Shown one piece after another: positions 56,960 through 64,000 of a stretch of 64,000 nt of DNA. The stretch spans positions 76,298 to 140,297 of the forward strand of contig JAQUOV010000004.1 in assembly GCA_028716965.1 (NCBI GenBank), read 5' to 3'. The DNA comes from Candidatus Omnitrophota bacterium (GTDB lineage: Bacteria; Omnitrophota; Gorgyraeia; Gygaellales; Profunditerraquicolaceae). The position numbers and the translations under genes were made by a program. Every line of letters begins with the position of its first letter. Position 1 is the stretch's first letter. Under the pieces are notes generated by a model. It was given only the letters and a program-made list of their open reading frames with translations. It was not told the DNA's origin and did not search any database.

Positions 56960-59692
56960 ATGAGAACAGAAAAGATTGCCTGCGTTTCGGTATTGACCGG
57001 GCCTTTAAAAGGCCGGGAATTTCCGGTTAAATCAGATTCTCCCGTATTAATAGGCAGGGATGATCATACGACTATTAAGATTGCTTACGATGATTATTGC
57101 TCAAGAAAGCACGCGATAATTTATCTTGAGGGCATGATCTGCCTTATTGAAGATTTAAACAGCGCCAATGGTACGCTCCTGAATAATACCCTTATCCACG
57201 GAAAGAATGAATTAAAAGATAAAGACGTTATAGGCCTCGGAGATACCAAGCTGGTTGTTTCTATAAAAGATTCTCTTAAGGAAGAAAGCATCGCGCCGGA
57301 TTTGGCTACTAACATAAAAACCGGTGATTCCATATACGGGCGTTATGAAGTGCATCATATCCTGGAAGCCGGGATAGGGATTGCCTGCGTCTGTTATGAT
57401 AATATAAACCAGGTTCCTTACGTACTGAAGACCCTGCAAAGAAAGTATTTGGTTTCCCCGCAAAGCCAATCCTGTTTTGAGAAGAAATCGCTTGCCTGGA
57501 TAGGGTTAGGCAAACATCCTTATATTGTCAGCGCCTATTTAGCCATCCGGATAGAAAACTACCCTTTTATTGTCCTTGATTATATTGTACCGGATGAGAA
57601 CGGGAGAAACAGCTTAAGCCATCTGCTGGGGAATCTAACTTTATCCGAGATCCTTAAATATTCAATAGAGTTTTGTTACGGCATGGAGCATGCTTACGCA
57701 AAAGGAATTGAGGCTCACGGAAATATAAAACCGAATAATATTATGATTACTCCAGATAAAGCCGTGAAGATAACCGATTTCGGGTTTGCAAAATTATCGC
57801 AAGAGATCGATTTTAACGAGCATATCCCGGAAAAAGAAGATTTGGATTTGGCTATTTTCAAAAGTAATAGCGGTGTAACCGCCGGCACGCTTCCTTATAT
57901 GGCTCCCGAGCAATTTGACGGACAGATGAACCAGCTAAGCGATATTTATTCTTTCGGCGTTGTCCTTTACCAGATGGCTAAGGCAGGGGCATTGCCTTTT
58001 AGCGGGAAGGGCCCATCGGAATACGAGAAGGCGCATAAGGAACAGGCAGCTGCTGGTTTTGACTCGCCTCTTTTTGCCATTATCAAGAAATGTTTGGAAA
58101 AAGACCCCGCTAAAAGATATATTGACTTTGCAGCGATGAGGATAGAGCTGCAGGAATTGCTTTTAAAGGAAACAGGGGAGAAGATAACTCTGCCGGAAGG
58201 CGCAAAGCTGGAATCTTGTGAAGCTATGAATAAAGGTGCTTCTTTATATTATCTCGGTAGGTACGAAGGGGGGATTGCCTGTTACGATAAGGCCATAGCC
58301 ATTAACCCCGCATATTCCGATGCCTATTATAACCGGGGCAATGCCTATTATGATAAAGGCGATCTTGTGCAGGCTGTCTCTGATTACAGCAAGGCCATAG
58401 AAATTAACCCCGCATATTCCAAGGCTTATTACAGAAGGGGAGTTTTCTATCATAGTAAAGGCAATCTTGTATTGGCTATCTCTGACTACAATAAAGCTAT
58501 AGAGATCAATCCCGCATATCCCGATGCCTATTATAACCGGGGCAATGCCTATTATGATAAGGGCGATCTTGTGCAGGCTGTCTCTGATTACAGCAAGGCC
58601 ATGGAGATCAGCCCTAAAGATGCCAAGGCTTATAAGGGCCGGGGTATTGCTCATTATAAAAAAGGAGAGCTTGAGCTGTCTATCTCTGATTATAATAAAG
58701 CTTTAGAGATCAACCCTAACGATGCCGAAGCTTACAGCAGCCGGGGGATTGCTTATTATAAGAAAGGTAAATTTGACCTGTCTATCTCTGACTACAATAA
58801 AGCTATAGAGATCAATCCCGCATATCCCAATGCCTATTATAACCGGGGCAATGCCTATTATGATAAGGGCGATCTTGTGCAGGCTGTCTCTGATTACAAT
58901 AAGGCCATAGAGATCAACCCTAAAGACGCCGAAGCTTACAGCAGCCGGGGGATTGCTTATTATAAAAAAGGAGATTTTGAAGAAGCTATCTCTGATTACA
59001 GCAGGGCAATAGCCATTAACCCCGCATATTCCAAAGCTTATTGTAACCGAGGCAATGCCTATTATGATAAAGGCAGCTTTGAACAGGCTATCTCTGATTA
59101 CAATAAGGCCATAGAGATCAATCCTAAAGATTCTGAAGTCTATAGAAGCCGCGGGGTCGCCTATCACGTTAGAGGCAACCTTGAGCAGGCTGTCTCTGAT
59201 TACAATAAGGCCATAGAGATCAACCCTAAAGACGCTAGAGCCTATAACAGCCGCGGGATCGCCTATTACAAAAAAGGCGATCTTGTGCAGGCTATCTCTG
59301 ATTACAGTAACGCCATAGAGATCAACCCTAAAGATGCCGAAGCCTATAACAGCCGCGGGATCGCCTATCACGTCAGAGGCAAACTTGAGCAGGCCATCTT
59401 TGATTTTAGCAGGGCTATAGCAATCAACCCGGAATATTCCAAGGCTTATTGTAACCGGGGAGGCGTCCATTATGATAAAGGGTATCTTGAAGAAGCTATC
59501 TCTGACTACAATAAAGCCATAGAGATCAACCCTGAATATTCCAAAGCTTATTGCAGCCGCGGGGCTGCTTATTTCTTGAAAAAAGACTATGATAAAAGCT
59601 GGAAAGATGTGCATAAGGCAGAAGAATTAGGATATAAGATCCCCATTAATTTGATTAATGATTTGAAAAAAGCTTCTGGTAAGGGGATTTGA
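56960..59692 (+). CDS. FHA domain - Ser/Thr kinase-like domain (probable pseudokinase) - 14x TPR repeat protein
   Basis: N-terminal FHA (GR...SRKHA...NGT). Kinase fold with DFG and APE present, but the catalytic loop reads HGNIKPNN instead of HRDLKPxN and no canonical glycine-rich loop. C-terminal half consists of 34-aa TPR units. Confidence 0.85.
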   Translation: MRTEKIACVSVLTGPLKGREFPVKSDSPVLIGRDDHTTIKIAYDDYCSRKHAIIYLEGMICLIEDLNSANGTLLNNTLIHGKNELKDKDVIGLGDTKLVVSIKDSLKEESIAPDLATNIKTGDSIYGRYEVHHILEAGIGIACVCYDNINQVPYVLKTLQRKYLVSPQSQSCFEKKSLAWIGLGKHPYIVSAYLAIRIENYPFIVLDYIVPDENGRNSLSHLLGNLTLSEILKYSIEFCYGMEHAYAKGIEAHGNIKPNNIMITPDKAVKITDFGFAKLSQEIDFNEHIPEKEDLDLAIFKSNSGVTAGTLPYMAPEQFDGQMNQLSDIYSFGVVLYQMAKAGALPFSGKGPSEYEKAHKEQAAAGFDSPLFAIIKKCLEKDPAKRYIDFAAMRIELQELLLKETGEKITLPEGAKLESCEAMNKGASLYYLGRYEGGIACYDKAIAINPAYSDAYYNRGNAYYDKGDLVQAVSDYSKAIEINPAYSKAYYRRGVFYHSKGNLVLAISDYNKAIEINPAYPDAYYNRGNAYYDKGDLVQAVSDYSKAMEISPKDAKAYKGRGIAHYKKGELELSISDYNKALEINPNDAEAYSSRGIAYYKKGKFDLSISDYNKAIEINPAYPNAYYNRGNAYYDKGDLVQAVSDYNKAIEINPKDAEAYSSRGIAYYKKGDFEEAISDYSRAIAINPAYSKAYCNRGNAYYDKGSFEQAISDYNKAIEINPKDSEVYRSRGVAYHVRGNLEQAVSDYNKAIEINPKDARAYNSRGIAYYKKGDLVQAISDYSNAIEINPKDAEAYNSRGIAYHVRGKLEQAIFDFSRAIAINPEYSKAYCNRGGVHYDKGYLEEAISDYNKAIEINPEYSKAYCSRGAAYFLKKDYDKSWKDVHKAEELGYKIPINLINDLKKASGKGI
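58244..59614 (+). repeat. array of ~102-nt (34-codon) tandem repeats encoding the TPR units, several copies nearly identical at the DNA level
   Basis: For example 58321-58380, 58525-58585 and 58825-58885 are almost identical; the repeats create the spurious 303-aa minus-strand ORF. Confidence 0.7.
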
Positions 59693-59693
59693 T

Positions 59694-60032
59694 ATGCCGA
59701 ATTCTAATTTAGTTTATTCTACTTCACAAGGGAAGGTGTGCACCGGGTGCGGGAAGGCGCTTGGCAGCTGCATATGTAATGAGATAAAGAAAGCGGCTGT
59801 GCCTGATACTTGCGGCGCGGCGCGCCTGCGTTATGAGGCTGGCGGCCGTAAAGGTAAAGGGATGACGCTGATCAGCGGCCTGGCTTTAAGCCAGGCCGGG
59901 CTTTTGGATTTGGCTAAGAAACTAAAGCAGAGGTTTGCTACCGGTGGATCGGTTAAGGATTATATTATTGAACTGCAGGGTGATTTTCGAAAGCAGGCAG
60001 AGCAGGAGTTGCGCAAACTGGGGTTATTATAA
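59694..60032 (+). CDS. yciH: translation initiation factor SUI1/YciH family
   Basis: C-terminal SUI1 fold motif (GGRKGKGMTLI...GGSVKDxxIELQGD). Confidence 0.85.
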   Translation: MPNSNLVYSTSQGKVCTGCGKALGSCICNEIKKAAVPDTCGAARLRYEAGGRKGKGMTLISGLALSQAGLLDLAKKLKQRFATGGSVKDYIIELQGDFRKQAEQELRKLGLL

Positions 60033-61069
60033 TGGAGAAAGCCGCAAAAGATTATGAAATCGGTGAGCAGGCTATAGACGGCTTGATAAATGAGCTCGTA
60101 AATAAGATAGGTAATACTGAAACTGAAAACTTATTGCGCCAGATATTGACGACTACGGTTAAACTGGGCAAAGAATCCGGTGACCGGGGCGACCTTAAGC
60201 TTGTAAACAACGCGCTGAAGGAGCTGCGCTATTCTTTCAAGATATTTTCTCCTTATAGGGCGGTTAAAAAAGTAATTATCTTTGGTTCAGCCAGGTCAAA
60301 GTCCAAATCAGCCGAATATAAAATGTCTGAGGATTTTTCCCGTAAACTTTCTGAAAAAGGCTATATGATTGTAACCGGAGGCGGCCCCGGGGTGATGGAG
60401 GCAGGCAATAAAGGCGCCGGCAGCGGTAAAGACTTTGCCCTGAATATCCGGCTTCCTTTTGAACAGAAGCCGAACCCGTATATTGATGAAAAGGAAAAGC
60501 TGATCAACTTTAAATATTTTTTTACCAGGAAACTGGTTTTTGTAAAAGAGACTGACGCAACCGCGCTTTTCCCGGGAGGCTTCGGCACCCTTGATGAAGG
60601 GTTTGAAATGATTACTTTAGTTCAAACAGGCAAGTCTCGTCCCCGGCCGATAGTCCTAATGGAGCCAAAAGGTTCCGCCTATTGGGCTACTTGGATGCAT
60701 TTTGTAAAGAGCCAGCTGGCCAAGAAAGGGTTTATTAAAAAAGACGACCTTCACCTTATCCATGTCGCAAAATCCGTTGATGCGGCGGTAAAATATATAG
60801 AAGATTTTTATAGGGTATACCACTCAATAAGATATGTTGCAGGCTTGGCTGTATTAAGGTTAAAAAGACAGGTCTCCGGGAAAACATTAAAGATGCTTAA
60901 TAAAGAATTCAAAGATATTTTGACCAGCGGTGAAATCAGGGTTTCTCCTCCTACGGTTAAAGAGATCCAGGAAGGGGAGTTTCTTAACCTTCCCCGTTTA
61001 GCAATGAATTTCAATATGCGCGATTACGGCAGGCTCTGTGAAATGATCCGTGTCATTAATAGGGATTAA
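60032..61069 (+). CDS. LOG-family (TIGR00730) Rossmann-fold nucleotide-binding protein / nucleotide 5'-monophosphate nucleosidase-like
   Basis: GGGPGxMEAxNxGA and PGGFGTLDE motifs, with N- and C-terminal extensions reminiscent of PpnN/YgdH-type proteins. Confidence 0.8.
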   Translation: MEKAAKDYEIGEQAIDGLINELVNKIGNTETENLLRQILTTTVKLGKESGDRGDLKLVNNALKELRYSFKIFSPYRAVKKVIIFGSARSKSKSAEYKMSEDFSRKLSEKGYMIVTGGGPGVMEAGNKGAGSGKDFALNIRLPFEQKPNPYIDEKEKLINFKYFFTRKLVFVKETDATALFPGGFGTLDEGFEMITLVQTGKSRPRPIVLMEPKGSAYWATWMHFVKSQLAKKGFIKKDDLHLIHVAKSVDAAVKYIEDFYRVYHSIRYVAGLAVLRLKRQVSGKTLKMLNKEFKDILTSGEIRVSPPTVKEIQEGEFLNLPRLAMNFNMRDYGRLCEMIRVINRD

Positions 61070-61075
61070 ATTATT

Positions 61076-63988
61076 ATGGACAAGGTTTTAGAGGGATTGA
61101 ATAAGGAACAGGTGCAGGCGGTTACGCACGGAGCAGGGCCGCTGTTGATTATCGCCGGCGCTGGCACAGGCAAGACGCGCGTGATTACGCAGCGCATTGC
61201 CTGGCTTATAAACCAGGGCCTGGCCAAGACCGATGAGATACTGGCGCTTACCTTTACGGACAAGGCAGCCAAAGAGATGCAGGAAAGGGTGGATATCCTG
61301 ATGCCTTATGGTTATACGGATATCTGGATCTCTACATTCCATGCGTTTGGCGACCGCCTGCTGCGCGAGAATTCCCTGGTTGCCGGGTTAAGCCCGGATT
61401 TTAAAGTGCTTGCCCAGTCAGAGGCAGCGGTATTTTTCCGCGAGCATCTTTTTGAATTCTCGCTTAATTATTACCGGCCGCTATCCGAACCCACGCGTTT
61501 TATAGAAGCACTGATTTCATTTTTCAGCCGGGCAAAAGATGAAGATATCTCAGCCGGGGAATATTTAAAATATGCCCAGGATTTTATGATTAAGGTTAAG
61601 GCCGGGCCTGAAGATAAAGCCAATGCAGAGCTGGCAGAGCAGCAGATGGAGGTTTCAGGCGCTTATCTTAAATACCAGGAGCTTCTGGCCGGCGAAGGGC
61701 TGGTTGATTTCGGCAATCAGTTTTATTTAAGCCTGCAGTTGTTGCGGGAGCATCCTTTGGTCCTGCAAAATTATCAAAAACAATTCAAATATATCCTGGT
61801 GGACGAATTCCAGGATACGAATTTTGCGCAGTTCCAGATTGTAAAACTTCTGGCAGGAGGCGTTAAGAACATAACGGTAGTCGCTGATGACGATCAATGT
61901 ATTTACCGGTGGCGCGGGGCTGCTTACAGCAATGTGTTGAATTTTATCCAGGATTATCCTAATGCGGAAAAGATCACCCTGATCCAGAATTACCGTTCCA
62001 CTCAAGCCATCCTGGACAGTTCTTATCAGTTAATCCAATATAATAACCCGGAGCGTTTTGAGGTAAAGGCAAATATTAATAAACACCTTATCGGTTTAAC
62101 TAAAGAAGGCCCTAATCCGGCTCATCTGCACTTTGATACCTATTCTAACGAAGCGGATAATGTAAGTAAGATTATACAAGATAAAGTAAATTCAGGTAAG
62201 TTTAAGTATAGGGATTTTGCCATTCTTGTGCGCTCTAATTCCGATGCCCAGGGTTTTATCCAATCGTTAAATATGCAGAATATCCCCTGGCAGTTCAGCG
62301 GCAACCAGGGGTTATACGGCCGGGAAGAGGTCAAGCTGTGTATCAACTTTCTGCGCGCAATCGCCAACCCTTCGGATTCTTTAAGTTTGTATTATTTGGT
62401 CAGTTCCGAGGTTTACAAGGTTAACCTGGCAGACCTGACATTATGCAACCATTTTGCCAGGCGCAGGAACCTTACGCTCTATTCCGTATTTAATGATTTG
62501 GGAAATATCCCGGAGTTAGGCCAGGTGCAGGATGAAACCAGGGAAAAGGTAAAACAGGTGCTTTCGGATATTGAGAAATTCATGCAGGTGTCGCGCGATG
62601 AGACAACCGGCAGGCTGCTTTATAGCTTTCTTACGGATACCGGCTATCTCAGGTATCTGACGCATAACCCCAGCTTAGAGAAAGAAACCAAGATACAGAA
62701 TATCGCCAAGTTCTTTAACCAGGTGCGTGATTTTGAATTAGTGGCTAAAGAGGACAGGGTGATCAGTTTTATCAGGCATCTTAACCTGCTTATAGAATCC
62801 GGGGATGACCCGCCGATAGTGGAGGCAGATTTAGACCAGGACGCGGTGAATATTTTAACCATACATAAAGCTAAAGGCCTTGAGTTCAGGGTGGTGTTTT
62901 TAGTCAGCCTGGTGCAGGGAAAATTCCCGCTCCCCAAGCGCTCCCAGCAGATCGGGCTGCCTGATAGCTTGATCAAGGAGGTACTGCCTACGGGGGATTT
63001 TCATATTCAAGAGGAGCGCCGGCTTTTTTATGTTGGGATGACGCGCGCTAAAGAGGAATTATATCTGACCAGCGCTGAAGATTACGGAGGCAAACGCCTG
63101 CGCAAGGTAAGCCAGTTTGTGCTGGAGGCTTTGGGTAAACAGCCCGGTGAAAATGCGGAAAAGAGGAAGGCCGCAGCCATTGAGAACATCCGGCGTTTTG
63201 CCCCGGTAAAAGAACCTCCCAAGATATCCGGACAAAAGATCGCGGCGGACAAATTGGTTAACCTAAGCTATTATCACATTGATGATTACCTGACATGCCC
63301 TTTGAAGTACAAATATGTGAATATATTGCGCGTGCCGATTATGGAGCATCATACGGTTATCTACGGCCGGGCAATGCATGAGGCGGTCAGCCAATACCTG
63401 TTGCGTAAACTTAATGGCGACAAGATTACTATGGATGAGCTCCTGGACTGCTTTGAAGCTAATTTTGACCCCCAGGGGTTCCTGGATGCCAACCATCAGG
63501 AGGAGCGTTTTCGTATCGGCAGGGAGGCATTGGCCAGGTTCTATAAGGATGAAGAAAACCGTAAATCAACCCCTAAGTTTATTGAAAAAGATTTTTCTTT
63601 TGTAATCGGGGATAATAAAATTACCGGCAGGTTTGACCGTATAGATATGGAGCAGGATGGGGCGGTAATCATGGATTTTAAGACCTCGGCGATTAAAACC
63701 CAGAAGGATGCCGATAAAAGGGTTAAGGAAAGCAAACAGTTAGCCCTTTATTCCTTGGCCTATCAGTATATATTCGGGGTTTTGCCGGTTGCGGTAGAGC
63801 TGTACTTTCTGGAATCCGGGATTATCGGCAGGTACGAGATCGGCGAAGAGGACTTAGAGGATGTAAAGGAGGATATTTTGGAGGTTTCCGCAGGGATCCG
63901 CCGGCAGAGCTTCCCGGCTAAACCCGAATATAAGGCCTGCACTTATTGCGCTTATAATCAGATTTGCCCGTCAGCAGTGATCCGTTGA
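61076..63988 (+). CDS. UvrD/PcrA-family SF1 helicase fused to a C-terminal Cas4/AddB-type PD-(D/E)xK nuclease with Cys cluster
   Basis: Walker A AGAGTGKT and helicase motifs through VGMTRAKEELYLT. The C-terminal ~250 aa carry CPLKYKY ... DRIDM...DFKT ... CTYCAYNQIC, i.e. one Cys upstream and three downstream of a DxK-like core, as in Cas4/AddB nucleases. Confidence 0.85.
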   Translation: MDKVLEGLNKEQVQAVTHGAGPLLIIAGAGTGKTRVITQRIAWLINQGLAKTDEILALTFTDKAAKEMQERVDILMPYGYTDIWISTFHAFGDRLLRENSLVAGLSPDFKVLAQSEAAVFFREHLFEFSLNYYRPLSEPTRFIEALISFFSRAKDEDISAGEYLKYAQDFMIKVKAGPEDKANAELAEQQMEVSGAYLKYQELLAGEGLVDFGNQFYLSLQLLREHPLVLQNYQKQFKYILVDEFQDTNFAQFQIVKLLAGGVKNITVVADDDQCIYRWRGAAYSNVLNFIQDYPNAEKITLIQNYRSTQAILDSSYQLIQYNNPERFEVKANINKHLIGLTKEGPNPAHLHFDTYSNEADNVSKIIQDKVNSGKFKYRDFAILVRSNSDAQGFIQSLNMQNIPWQFSGNQGLYGREEVKLCINFLRAIANPSDSLSLYYLVSSEVYKVNLADLTLCNHFARRRNLTLYSVFNDLGNIPELGQVQDETREKVKQVLSDIEKFMQVSRDETTGRLLYSFLTDTGYLRYLTHNPSLEKETKIQNIAKFFNQVRDFELVAKEDRVISFIRHLNLLIESGDDPPIVEADLDQDAVNILTIHKAKGLEFRVVFLVSLVQGKFPLPKRSQQIGLPDSLIKEVLPTGDFHIQEERRLFYVGMTRAKEELYLTSAEDYGGKRLRKVSQFVLEALGKQPGENAEKRKAAAIENIRRFAPVKEPPKISGQKIAADKLVNLSYYHIDDYLTCPLKYKYVNILRVPIMEHHTVIYGRAMHEAVSQYLLRKLNGDKITMDELLDCFEANFDPQGFLDANHQEERFRIGREALARFYKDEENRKSTPKFIEKDFSFVIGDNKITGRFDRIDMEQDGAVIMDFKTSAIKTQKDADKRVKESKQLALYSLAYQYIFGVLPVAVELYFLESGIIGRYEIGEEDLEDVKEDILEVSAGIRRQSFPAKPEYKACTYCAYNQICPSAVIR

Positions 63989-64000
63989 TATTTCGCTGTC

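Noticed and set aside
58703-59614. 303-aa minus-strand ORF
   Set aside because: Generated by the periodic TPR-encoding tandem repeats on the opposite strand. The repetitive low-complexity translation is an artefact.
58244-59614. Possible CRISPR array suggested by regular ~100-nt periodicity
   Set aside because: The repeats are in-frame coding units of 34 codons (TPR motifs) within a long ORF, not short direct repeats separated by unique spacers. No cas genes are nearby.

Overview
This 64 kb window is a gene-dense, almost entirely plus-strand stretch of bacterial chromosome, about 48% GC. It looks like an anaerobe's core region, possibly from a candidate-phylum genome; this is inference from gene content only. 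Recognisable housekeeping genes fill most of it: purA; the uppS-cdsA-dxr-rseP-ispG-proS block; rimP-nusA-infB; trpS, scpA, ruvB, queH, queA; then tgt-trmD-rplS-rnhB; polA, glgA, coaE, rho, rpmE-prfA-prmC-murA; a trpGDCF-x-BA operon; argS and recJ. There is a C1/Wood-Ljungdahl-type cluster (fchA-like, folD, a membrane protein, metF-like, acetyl-CoA synthase acsB) and a GH57 branching enzyme with its DUF4912 partner. The final ~9 kb is a signalling and repair region: zinc-ribbon membrane protein, PilZ, FHA-(pseudo)kinase-TPR giant protein, SUI1, LOG, and a UvrD-type helicase fused to a Cas4-like nuclease. No rRNA, tRNA or CRISPR array was seen. The most unusual locus is 22.0-23.8 kb. There an AT-rich orphan gene (TTG start; C-terminal glycine-zipper transmembrane helices) splits the otherwise conserved queA-tgt pair. 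It is flanked upstream by a MITE-like inverted-repeat element and downstream by one copy of a ~130-nt GC-rich structured repeat. That repeat recurs upstream of rpmB on the minus strand, and partially upstream of the metF-like gene. A second conserved ~125-nt leader/repeat family precedes rplS and rpmE. Other observations include a long-range stem between the infB stop and the trpS start codon, a pseudokinase-like catalytic loop, very recent TPR tandem duplications, several unannotated promoters and hairpins, and one small zinc-ribbon ORF missed by the ORF track.
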